This document shows, one piece after another, positions 8,280 to 16,143 of a stretch of 32,000 nt of DNA. Every line of letters begins with the position of its first letter. The first letter of the stretch is position 1. The position numbers and the translations under genes were made by a program. The DNA comes from Pyrodictium occultum. Its GTDB lineage: Archaea > Thermoproteota > Thermoprotei_A > Sulfolobales > Pyrodictiaceae. Below the pieces are notes generated by a model. The model ran no database searches, was not told the DNA's origin, and was given only the letters and a program-made list of their open reading frames with translations. The stretch lies in assembly GCF_001462395.1 (NCBI RefSeq), contig NZ_LNTB01000001.1, positions 90,001-122,000 on the forward strand. Reading direction: 5' to 3'.

Positions 8280-8972
8280 TTGAGCGATACACGGAGCGAC
8301 TACCGGATACTCATGGCCGAGCACGCGCTCGGAATGCTGGAGTCCATAATAAAGTCCAAGAAGCTGCCCCTGCCCGTAAACTGGAAGAAGGCCCAGGAGC
8401 TACACGCCCAGGCGCGCTCTATCCTAATGCAGATGAAGTACAGCTTCATGCCGCCGACGATGCTCGCCCGCAGCGAGGAAGCCAGGAAACTCCAGGAGAT
8501 TTCACGGCAGCTAGCCTCCATACTACTGCCGCGAGAGTGGCTTGAGAGAGCCCAGCTAGACCAGAGGGCCAGGCGGGTAATGGCCGACGTAAAGTACGCC
8601 ATTAGGATGCTCTACGGGCTTCCCGCAAGGCTCAGCCTCGGAGACGATAACGACCCCCTACACGCTGTTGACATAGAATGTGTTGAAGTGCTAAGCGTGG
8701 CAAAGCACCCCAACGCCGACAACCTCTACATCACACGTGCACGGGGCGTGTTCACCTACACCGTGGTTACAAACATAAAGGATGTGAGGAAAGGCGACCT
8801 GCGAGCCGTGGCGATACTCCCTCCTGTCGAGCTCAGAGGACAGCTGAGCGAGGCGATGTACTGCAGCAGAGGGAGGATAGAGGGCTGCACGCCGGGTAAA
8901 AGGCCGCCAATAAGCGAGGTGGAGAGGGGGGAGCTAGAGAAAATAATATATAGCGTACTACGCGGCCGGTAG
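8280..8972 (+). CDS. tRNA-binding-domain protein (Trbp111/CsaA/EMAP-II-type OB fold) with novel N-terminal helical domain
   Basis: 230-aa ORF. TTG 8280 is preceded by the SD-like AGGGGTG; an alternative ATG lies at 8313. The C-terminal block VEVLSVAKHPNADNLYITRA...VVTNIKDVRKGDLRAVAILPPVELRGQLSEAMYCS matches the HPNADKLYV...NLKP.KLRG..S.GM tRNA-binding OB-fold signature. Confidence 0.75.
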   Translation: MSDTRSDYRILMAEHALGMLESIIKSKKLPLPVNWKKAQELHAQARSILMQMKYSFMPPTMLARSEEARKLQEISRQLASILLPREWLERAQLDQRARRVMADVKYAIRMLYGLPARLSLGDDNDPLHAVDIECVEVLSVAKHPNADNLYITRARGVFTYTVVTNIKDVRKGDLRAVAILPPVELRGQLSEAMYCSRGRIEGCTPGKRPPISEVERGELEKIIYSVLRGR

Positions 8973-9001
8973 GCGCTCTACTCCTTGAGGGCCTTATAGC
9001 T

Positions 9002-9844
9002 CTAGTAGCTCTGCCTGCTCAGCCAGACCCACTTGGTAACATGGCTTGATACGCGCCTAAACCCGTACCCGGCTTTTACAAGCTTAACTACGACGTCCTC
9101 ATTATGCCTTGGGACGCTGACTCCCGCCACGAAGTCTACCCCGAGAGCTTCGGCCCCAGCAGCGTGGAAGCTTGACGTAGGGCCTACGAAGCCGCGTAGA
9201 CGGGCCCTCTTAGCCGCCTGGAGTACTAGGCCTATGCGTGGCTCCACCAGGCTAGCCCCGCTTGCAAGAACTATATCGAAGTCATCCGCGTCGAGGAGAA
9301 GCTGGCTTCCAGGATTTACTTTAAACCCGTCTCTACGAGCAAGCGCCCTATGGGTGGGGTTGTCCTCGTATACTACTACACGGGCTCCTCTCTCGGCCAG
9401 CCGGCGTGCAATGCCCTCAATATAGCCCACAAGTGCTACCAGCTCGCCGGGGCCCGGATTAACTATCTCGACCACGTCCCCGCCTTTAACTAGGCCGGGT
9501 AGACTAGGAGAGTCCTTGACTAGAGCGTCCGTGGCTGCGTTGACTGCAGCCAGGGCCAGCCCCGTCAGAGTAGGGTGGCCCCAGGCATAGCGTACCAGCT
9601 CGGATACCCGTACCTCCCTGAGTACAAGCTCCTCGGGGGGAGGCTCGTAGTCGCCTACAAAGGCTAGCCCCACTCCAGGCCCCCGGAGACGTACGAGAAT
9701 GAACCTCCTTGCGAGCACTATCTCCTCGATCCTCTCGTCGAGAGAAGGGTAGGCCTCCCTTACAGCTCTTAGAGAAGTCTCCAGGGCTCGCCGGAGCAGG
9801 TTATCCCTCGGCACGAGGTCTGGGCTACATCGGGGCTTCAACAC
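9002..9844 (-). CDS. DUF4213/DUF364 family protein (putative heavy-metal chelation Rossmann-like domain)
   Basis: 280-aa ORF. Blocks GLALAAVNAATD, LVALVGYIEGI, DIVLASGASLVE and GFVGPTSSFHAAGAEALGVDFVAGVSV fit the DUF364 pattern as I remember it. The gene sits next to a metal ABC transporter, as is typical for this family. Confidence 0.65.
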   Translation of the reverse strand: MLKPRCSPDLVPRDNLLRRALETSLRAVREAYPSLDERIEEIVLARRFILVRLRGPGVGLAFVGDYEPPPEELVLREVRVSELVRYAWGHPTLTGLALAAVNAATDALVKDSPSLPGLVKGGDVVEIVNPGPGELVALVGYIEGIARRLAERGARVVVYEDNPTHRALARRDGFKVNPGSQLLLDADDFDIVLASGASLVEPRIGLVLQAAKRARLRGFVGPTSSFHAAGAEALGVDFVAGVSVPRHNEDVVVKLVKAGYGFRRVSSHVTKWVWLSRQSY

Positions 9845-9889
9845 AGCATCCTCTGCATGGAGGGCTGTGTAGTACCGGGCGGGGTGAAA

Positions 9890-10693
9890 TCAGTGCTTGT
9901 AGCTGACTACCCTATGCTCGTCGCTTATGTGTACATGTTCCTTGACGTATAGTATAGACTCGCCATACACTTCCCTGAGAATGTCCTCCCTTAGCACGAT
10001 CTCGGGAGGACCAACGGCCACTACCCTACGATTAACAAGTATTATCATGTCTGTATACTTGAGAAACATAATGGGGTCATGGCTGGTCAGGACGACGAGA
10101 CGGCTCTTTGCAAGCGATGCTATGAGGTTGGCCAGGTCCCGTTTCCCCTTAGGATCCACGGCTGAGAGCGGCTCGTCCATCAGCAGTATTGGCGGCTCAT
10201 ACACCAGGGCCCTGGCTATGAAGGCCCGCTGGCGCTGGCCCCCGCTCAGGCTGCGGAGCGGCTTATGCCATGCCTCCGGGGGCAGGCCGACGGCCTTTAG
10301 AGAGTCCTCGATTAGGGCCTGCGTCTCTCTCCAGCCTCTCCTCTGCAGGAGGCGGCGCCGGGCATGTATCTCATACTCTACAAGCTCCCAGGGGGTTACG
10401 GGGAAGTGTGTAGCCGTCGTTACTATCTGCGGCACGTAGCCTATAAACCGCCCCGCCTTGCTAGGCCTGGCGGTTACATCTCGGCCGCATACTAGTACCT
10501 GGCCGCTTCTTAGGGGTGCCAGCCCGAGGATTGATTTGAGGAGGGTGGTTTTGCCGGCCCCGTTAGGGCCTAGCACCTGCACCAGGGCTGGCCCCTCTAA
10601 GTGCAGGTGGTCAACTGTGAGCACAGTCTCGGACCCATAACCTACCTGGAGCGAGTGTATGTCTATCTCTGCCCTGCTGCAGCGCTCCAACAC
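9890..10693 (-). CDS. ABC transporter ATP-binding protein (ZnuC/TroB-like metal importer ATPase)
   Basis: Walker A GPNGAGKTTLLKSILG, signature LSGGQRQR, Walker B ILLMDEPLSAVD and H-loop LTSHD are all present. Confidence 0.9.
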   Translation of the reverse strand: MLERCSRAEIDIHSLQVGYGSETVLTVDHLHLEGPALVQVLGPNGAGKTTLLKSILGLAPLRSGQVLVCGRDVTARPSKAGRFIGYVPQIVTTATHFPVTPWELVEYEIHARRRLLQRRGWRETQALIEDSLKAVGLPPEAWHKPLRSLSGGQRQRAFIARALVYEPPILLMDEPLSAVDPKGKRDLANLIASLAKSRLVVLTSHDPIMFLKYTDMIILVNRRVVAVGPPEIVLREDILREVYGESILYVKEHVHISDEHRVVSYKH

Positions 10694-10724
10694 AGGCCCC
10701 TGTTGTGCACACTAGCTGGGTAAA

Positions 10725-10733
10725 CATTATAAG
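10725..10733. promoter_or_regulatory. AT-rich TATA-like box in the divergent ABC-transporter spacer
   Basis: CATTATAAG is the only AT-rich element in the 76-nt spacer. It lies ~32-40 nt from the minus-strand start (10693) and ~37-45 nt from the plus-strand ATG (10770). It is flanked by TGTGCA at 10704-10709 and 10737-10742. Confidence 0.4.
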
Positions 10734-10769
10734 TACTGTGCATGAGGAGGCGGATCCGGGCAGCATGCA

Positions 10770-11747
10770 ATGACCTCTAGGGCTGTCATGGCGATAGCGT
10801 TAGTAGCCGTAATAGTAGCTGTAGCCGTAGCAGCATATATGATGAGCAGTGGTGGAAGCTCCCCCGCTGCAACCACCGGGAAGGCCGCCCCCACGGCCAC
10901 GACGGTGTCCACTGCGTTAGGGAGCACCACCGTAACAGGAGGCGGTAAAGGCCTGCTAGTAGCTGTAACGTTCCCCAACCTAAAGTATGACGTAGAGCAG
11001 CTGCTCTGCAGCGACGACAGCGTCTATCCGATAGCATCATCGGCTATTGATCCACATGAGTACCAGCTCACACCGGAGGATATAAGTCATGTAAAGAAGG
11101 CAGACCTCGTCATCTCACTAGCTCATGCACCATTCGAGCTTAAGCTCAGGGACATCGTTGAGAGCAGTAAGCTGCTAGAGGTCCCCAATATACCTGGTAT
11201 GAGGTTTCTCATCAACCCGGATACCGGGAAGAGGAATCCCCACATGATAATATACGATCCAGGCAACTACATTGTGTTCGTAAAGGCTGTTGCTGAGAAG
11301 CTTTCAGCGTTGAGGCCAAGCTGCAGGAAACACTATCTAGAGAAGGCCGCGTGGATAGAGGAGCAGATAAAAGCTCTAATGTCTAGTATTCCTAAGCTAA
11401 ACGCTACCGCGGTTGCATCGCTTCCCTACACGCAGTATGCGGTAAGCTGGATGGGAATACGTGTGGTTAAGCTGCTTAAGAAGGATGCGGGTGTCCAAGT
11501 CACGCCAAAGGATATAGAGGAGGTAGAGAAGCTGATGAAGGAGGGTAAGGCTAAGCTTGCGGTAATAGCTGTGTTCAATGGTGAGCCTGCAACTCCTGCA
11601 GACGAGAAGCTTCTCGAACTAGCAGAGAAGCATAATGTCCCAGTACTCCGTGTGCCATCGCCCTTCGGCCCGGGGACTATGGTCAATAAGCTGAGAGCTG
11701 TTGTGACGGATGTGGAGAAGCTGTCTAGCGCGATCCAGGAGAGCTAG
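10770..11747 (+). CDS. Metal ABC transporter substrate-binding protein (ZnuA/TroA cluster-9 family), membrane-anchored with Ser/Thr-rich linker
   Basis: 325-aa ORF. An N-terminal hydrophobic helix and a T/S/G-rich linker are followed by a TroA-like body (DPHEYQLTPEDI, ADLVI, NPHMIIYDP). Confidence 0.8.
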   Translation: MTSRAVMAIALVAVIVAVAVAAYMMSSGGSSPAATTGKAAPTATTVSTALGSTTVTGGGKGLLVAVTFPNLKYDVEQLLCSDDSVYPIASSAIDPHEYQLTPEDISHVKKADLVISLAHAPFELKLRDIVESSKLLEVPNIPGMRFLINPDTGKRNPHMIIYDPGNYIVFVKAVAEKLSALRPSCRKHYLEKAAWIEEQIKALMSSIPKLNATAVASLPYTQYAVSWMGIRVVKLLKKDAGVQVTPKDIEEVEKLMKEGKAKLAVIAVFNGEPATPADEKLLELAEKHNVPVLRVPSPFGPGTMVNKLRAVVTDVEKLSSAIQES

Positions 11748-11768
11748 CCGAGCGCTTCATGGGGGTGC

Positions 11769-12644
11769 GTGTCAGCGGTGAAGGGGAGGCATAGAGCCGT
11801 CCTTATAGCATTGGTCCTTTCTATTGCAGGCTTCTCCCTATATGGCTACTGGCAGGCTGTGTCAGTTTACCCGGCGGTCTCGGTGCTTGCGGCTGGGCTG
11901 GCCTTTGGGCTTATGAGCGGCCTTATAGCTGCCCGCCGCCTCTTCTTCCTGGCGGGTGCTAGTCCCCACTCGGCCCTACTGGCTGCTATAGGCGCCGTCC
12001 TACTTGCCGGGGACCTCAACGCGAGGGCTTACGTTGTTGCAACTCCATTGGCAGTAGTGTTGATATACGTGGCAGGCTATATGATATTTAGGGGTTTTGA
12101 CCCCGATGTGGCTACCTCGGTGCTTGTATCGTTCTCGGCGTCGCTTAGCGTAGTACTGGTCTACTATGCTGAGGCTGTGAGCAGCGGCGCAGAGATCACA
12201 GCGGTAGTGTTTGGCGACCCTCTGCTCGTGACTCCCTTTGAGGCCTGGATGACCGTTATAGTGGCTCTCCTCGTGCTGGTCCTGGCGGCTCTAAGCTACC
12301 GGGAGCAAATACTCATAGGAATAGAAAGGGATTTGGCCAGGATATCCGGCATCCCAATCTGGCTCTACGACCTAGCATTCTTCACCGTAATGGGCCTGGT
12401 AGTGAGCGTTATGGTCCGGGTTGTAGGCTTCGTGCTCGAGCATGTCCTAATGCTCCTACCTGGCGCAGCGGCTGCGATGTCTGCCCGTAGCGCGCGCGAT
12501 GCAATACTATTATCCGTGGTCTCCTCGGTAACCGCGGCAGGGCTGGGGCTCGCCCTAAGCCTGTTATTAGGAATATCGCCCGCCGGCGCCACGGGGCTAG
12601 TCATGCTCACCATCTACATAGGGCTTGTACTGCTGGCACGGTGA
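11769..12644 (+). CDS. Metal ABC transporter permease (ABC-3 / ZnuB-TroC family)
   Basis: 291-aa polytopic hydrophobic ORF immediately downstream of the binding protein, in typical ABC-3 operon order. Confidence 0.8.
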   Translation: MSAVKGRHRAVLIALVLSIAGFSLYGYWQAVSVYPAVSVLAAGLAFGLMSGLIAARRLFFLAGASPHSALLAAIGAVLLAGDLNARAYVVATPLAVVLIYVAGYMIFRGFDPDVATSVLVSFSASLSVVLVYYAEAVSSGAEITAVVFGDPLLVTPFEAWMTVIVALLVLVLAALSYREQILIGIERDLARISGIPIWLYDLAFFTVMGLVVSVMVRVVGFVLEHVLMLLPGAAAAMSARSARDAILLSVVSSVTAAGLGLALSLLLGISPAGATGLVMLTIYIGLVLLAR

Positions 12645-12654
12645 GGTGATCTCG

Positions 12655-13059
12655 TTGTCCGGAAGGAGGCGTTTCGGCGTCTCACTCCCCAGGGCGGTGG
12701 CCGACGAGCTTGACTCCCTCGCCATGAAGATGAGGGTAGACCGGTCTAAGCTAGTAGAGAAGGCTCTCATATCGTTCCTAAACGAGTACCGCCACTATCT
12801 CAACGACCATGTATGCAGTGGTGTAATGATAATAGTTAGCAGCTTCGATGCCGGCATGGTGGCTTCCCTACTAGACAAGTATAAGGATATAGTTATGACC
12901 ACAACTCACATACACCTTAACAGCCACTGTATTGAGATAGTAGTTGTTAAGGGGCCCTCGGAGAGGATAGCCGAGATGCATTCCGAGCTCTCCTCTCTAA
13001 AGGGATGCAGTGTGAGATACATACCATTCGCGACCGTGCATGGGGGCCTGGAGGACTAG
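12655..13059 (+). CDS. nikR: NikR-like ribbon-helix-helix metal-responsive regulator
   Basis: The ORF is open from 12625. The SD-like GAGGTGAT (12643-12650) precedes in-frame TTG 12655. The N-terminus RFGVSLPRAVADELDSLA...RSKLVEKAL is a CopG/RHH motif. The C-domain HIHLNSHCIEIVVVKGP resembles the NikR metal-binding ACT-like domain. Confidence 0.65.
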   Translation: MSGRRRFGVSLPRAVADELDSLAMKMRVDRSKLVEKALISFLNEYRHYLNDHVCSGVMIIVSSFDAGMVASLLDKYKDIVMTTTHIHLNSHCIEIVVVKGPSERIAEMHSELSSLKGCSVRYIPFATVHGGLED

Positions 13060-13092
13060 CCCCGCCGGGAGCGCCGCTCCTACCCCCTGGGG

Positions 13093-13983
13093 GTGCCTGC
13101 ATGGATGGAGCACTTCACTCCCGCAGAGGGCTTGAAGCCCCGCTGGGTGGTTGAAGGCAGGCTAGCAGTATCCCCTATGCCGAGGCCAGACGACCTAGAG
13201 GAGGTGCTGTCCAAGTTCCGTACAGTAGTCTCTCTAGCGTCTCCATCCGAGCACGCTTTCAGCGGGGGCTACGACCCCCGGCTGCTTCAGGGCATGGGTG
13301 GCGTGAAGTTCGTCTGGCGGCCTATAGGCGAGTATAACGCGCCTACACTGGTAGAGTTGTCCTACATCATAGAGTCCATTGAGGAGCCTGCGCTCGTCCA
13401 CTGTCTCCGAGGCTGTGGGAGGAGCTCCACTGTGGCGGCCGCCTGGCTCGTCGCGAAGATGGGTGTGAGGCCGTACCTCGCAGCCGAGTCGGAGGTCGTC
13501 AGGACGACGGGCTGCGGGCTTGAGACACTGCCCCAGCGCAGTGTTCTCGAGGCCTACTCGCTCGCTGTGAGAAGCGGTACTGCCAGCGAGCTCTCCAGGA
13601 GCCGCGATATCGACGACCCCTTTCCCGAGTATGCCGCACTGCTCTCTCTCAGTCTATCCTCCTACCTGGGCGCTGAGCCGGAGGAGCTGTTCCGCAGCGC
13701 GTTAGAGCTTGACACGTCCCTGGCCAGAGCGGCACGGCTGTTAGCCGACATTGCCGGCTACACTGTGGCGGGCATGGCGGCGAGGAAGGCCGGCAAGAAA
13801 GTGGCTCTAGAACTCACCATATGGGTTCCGAGGAGATCCCATCCGGCGGCGATACGCAGGATACCACAGGTAGACCATGGGAAGCTGAGCAAAGGTCTTG
13901 CCTCGATACTCGCTACTATGGGCGTGGATGTGGAGCCGGTGGTAAGGGTTAGAAAGCCGGAGGATGTGCCCTGGCTCTCTTAG
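13093..13983 (+). CDS. Dual-specificity / Cys-based protein phosphatase domain fused to an unknown ~140-aa C-terminal domain
   Basis: 296-aa ORF. The active-site loop VHCLRGCGRSSTVAAAWL matches the HCx5R(S/T) signature. Confidence 0.7.
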   Translation: MPAWMEHFTPAEGLKPRWVVEGRLAVSPMPRPDDLEEVLSKFRTVVSLASPSEHAFSGGYDPRLLQGMGGVKFVWRPIGEYNAPTLVELSYIIESIEEPALVHCLRGCGRSSTVAAAWLVAKMGVRPYLAAESEVVRTTGCGLETLPQRSVLEAYSLAVRSGTASELSRSRDIDDPFPEYAALLSLSLSSYLGAEPEELFRSALELDTSLARAARLLADIAGYTVAGMAARKAGKKVALELTIWVPRRSHPAAIRRIPQVDHGKLSKGLASILATMGVDVEPVVRVRKPEDVPWLS

Positions 13984-16079
13984 CCTCTCAGCACTCTCCC
14001 CAGCAGGGCGCCTAGAGCAAGCGCTATCCCGGCAAAGGCCACGCAGGCTGCCGGCGTGCCTAGGCCCGCGCCTCTCCGTGTAGGTGTATTGTTTGCTGCA
14101 ACCCCTGCTGTCGTGCTTTTAATGGTTAATGTTGTGGTTTTTTCCAGCGTCTTAGTTAACGTGGTGGTGCTTACCGTTGTGCGCGTATAGTATTTGGGTT
14201 TGGTTACTGTAACCGTTTCCTTCGCCGTAACCGTATGTGTTATGGTAACGGTGGTTGCTGCCCCACCCACTCCTCCCGTAGTGGCCCCGGCTGCGGCTGG
14301 CGGCTTTGCCCCCGTGCGGCTTCCTCCTATGATGGCCAGGAGCAGTGCATAGCTTGAGGCCTGCACGTAGAGATCGAGCTTGCCTCCGACGTCGACGAGG
14401 GTCTCAGCGTACTCTCGGTACATCATTGGGAGGAGTGGGGTGAGCCCGAGGCCCAGCAGCTTCTCGACCAGTATGTCTAGGCTCTTCCTGGATGCATCGA
14501 GCACCGATATCCCGGTGTTGAACACCTGGTGGAGCTTCCCGTCGACCTGGGCTAGCCCTTGCACCGAGTAGGCTAGTGCCTGGAGAAGCTGTACCCTATC
14601 CCCGGTTTCTGCCGCCTGGGCCGCGAGCTGCTTGGCCTCCGCCACCCTTTCAGCTACGTCGCTCACGTCCACTCCGAGGGTCTGCAGGTAGCTTAATGCT
14701 GACTCGGCAAAGTAGGTGTAGGTATCCACTACCCTGGGCAAGGTATCTATGTTTATCGGCTTTCCGCTGGGCGCAGCTAGGGCTAGCTCGAGCCACTGGC
14801 TTGCAGTCATTGAGCGGTAGTAGCTGTAGATAGCCTCCTGCAGTGCTTTGTCAAGAATGCTTGCCGCTGCAAGCCCGGAGGACTTGCTCGCCGTCTTCAG
14901 CAGTGAGGCAGCTTCCTCTAAGCTCTCATTTGCATCGGAAAGCCTCGAAGCGGAGGCTGTGAGCAGCTGCAGCTCTACATCGCTGATGTCTCTCTTCCCC
15001 TCCAGGAATCTATGCATCAGCTTGTATGCGTCGCCGAGCATGGCGCTGGCAGCGTCTATGTAGCTCCTAGCTTCTTCGATTATCGTCGTCGCCGGCTGGT
15101 CGCTGGAGAAGGCCTTAGCTATACCGCAAGCATAGGTAGCCTCTATCGCGGCTGCAAAGTATCTCGAGGCTGCAGCGTACAGCTTGCCTGCCGCATCGAG
15201 GCTTCGGCCCACGTTAACGCTGTGGCCGGCATCATCTATTATGCCGTGGAGCTGGTCTGCTATAGAACCTGGCAGTTTTGCCAGCAGCTCCTCGGCGCAG
15301 GTCAGATTGGTGGAGGCGGCTTCCCGGTATACCTCTATGCTCCTCTTAAGAGACTCCGCCAGCCATGCAGGGTAATTAAGGTTGAGCTGTTTCGGGGTAT
15401 AGAGCTTATCCCCAGTGGCGGCCTCGTACGCCTCTGCTATGGTGCCCGCCTCTACTACTTTGACCCCAAGCTGCCTGCCAAGGGCAACTACGTCCACTCT
15501 ATCCCCGGTGTTAAGGTCTATGCTGTAGCGCTGCCCGGCGGGTATGACGAAGACTTTCACACCAGCCTTGGCAGCGGCCTCAAGCTTCTCGGGTACACCG
15601 CCCACGGGGCCGAGGGTGGCATCGGGGTCTACCATACCCGTCATCGAGAAGTTCTCCGGTATCCTCTTGCCCCTCAGCGCGGCTATTATCGCGACTGTCA
15701 TGGCCCCGCTAGCGCTAGGCCCGCCAATGGTTGTCGCGTTGGACTCGAGCCTTATGAAGTAGTCGTAGGAGTAGTAGTTAACCCCAGCCAGTATAGAGGC
15801 TACGAGAGCCGCCATGCGGGCGGCTGCTTGTGTGTCCAGCTCGGTCAGCGGGTTAGCGGAGAAGTAGACTATACCGCTACCCGGCCAGGCCACGGTGACT
15901 ATAAGCCGCGACATAGCCCCCTTGTAGCCTTCCGGCGTCTCTACAACACCGGGTACATTAACTACAACAGTGTTAATCCACTTGTACCCGGGGGCTGTGG
16001 ATCCCGCGACGGGGGCTACTATGGTAGCCATAGTGAGGAAGAGGAGTGAGAGAAGCACTAGAGGCCTACCTGGCGTCAT
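13980..16079 (-). CDS. Secreted/anchored Lon-type (S16) serine protease domain protein lacking an ATPase module
   Basis: 699-aa ORF with an N-terminal signal-like segment (LVLLSLLFLTMATIVAPVAG). The S16 catalytic blocks GGPSASGAMTVAIIAAL and VGGVPEKLEAAAKAGVKVFVIP are present. A ~400-aa helical region, a Thr-rich tract and a C-terminal hydrophobic helix (ACVAFAGIALALGALLG) follow. Confidence 0.75.
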   Translation of the reverse strand: MTPGRPLVLLSLLFLTMATIVAPVAGSTAPGYKWINTVVVNVPGVVETPEGYKGAMSRLIVTVAWPGSGIVYFSANPLTELDTQAAARMAALVASILAGVNYYSYDYFIRLESNATTIGGPSASGAMTVAIIAALRGKRIPENFSMTGMVDPDATLGPVGGVPEKLEAAAKAGVKVFVIPAGQRYSIDLNTGDRVDVVALGRQLGVKVVEAGTIAEAYEAATGDKLYTPKQLNLNYPAWLAESLKRSIEVYREAASTNLTCAEELLAKLPGSIADQLHGIIDDAGHSVNVGRSLDAAGKLYAAASRYFAAAIEATYACGIAKAFSSDQPATTIIEEARSYIDAASAMLGDAYKLMHRFLEGKRDISDVELQLLTASASRLSDANESLEEAASLLKTASKSSGLAAASILDKALQEAIYSYYRSMTASQWLELALAAPSGKPINIDTLPRVVDTYTYFAESALSYLQTLGVDVSDVAERVAEAKQLAAQAAETGDRVQLLQALAYSVQGLAQVDGKLHQVFNTGISVLDASRKSLDILVEKLLGLGLTPLLPMMYREYAETLVDVGGKLDLYVQASSYALLLAIIGGSRTGAKPPAAAGATTGGVGGAATTVTITHTVTAKETVTVTKPKYYTRTTVSTTTLTKTLEKTTTLTIKSTTAGVAANNTPTRRGAGLGTPAACVAFAGIALALGALLGRVLRG

Positions 16080-16143
16080 TGCCCTAGCCCCAGGGCCCTC
16101 CAGCCCCCGGGCTTCTGATACAGGTAGCGGTCGCGCTTCCAGC

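Noticed and set aside
15480-15620. Concern that the Lon-like protease has lost its catalytic Lys (GGVPEK versus E. coli GGLKEK)
   Set aside because: Archaeal LonB-type sequences read GGVxEK, with the conserved Lys at the last position. That Lys is present here, so the dyad looks intact.
15012-16049. 345-aa plus-strand ORF
   Set aside because: It is entirely antisense to the Lon-like protease gene, which has clear motifs. Its product is Gly/Arg/Tyr/Val-rich with no motif, and long antisense ORFs are expected in GC-rich DNA.
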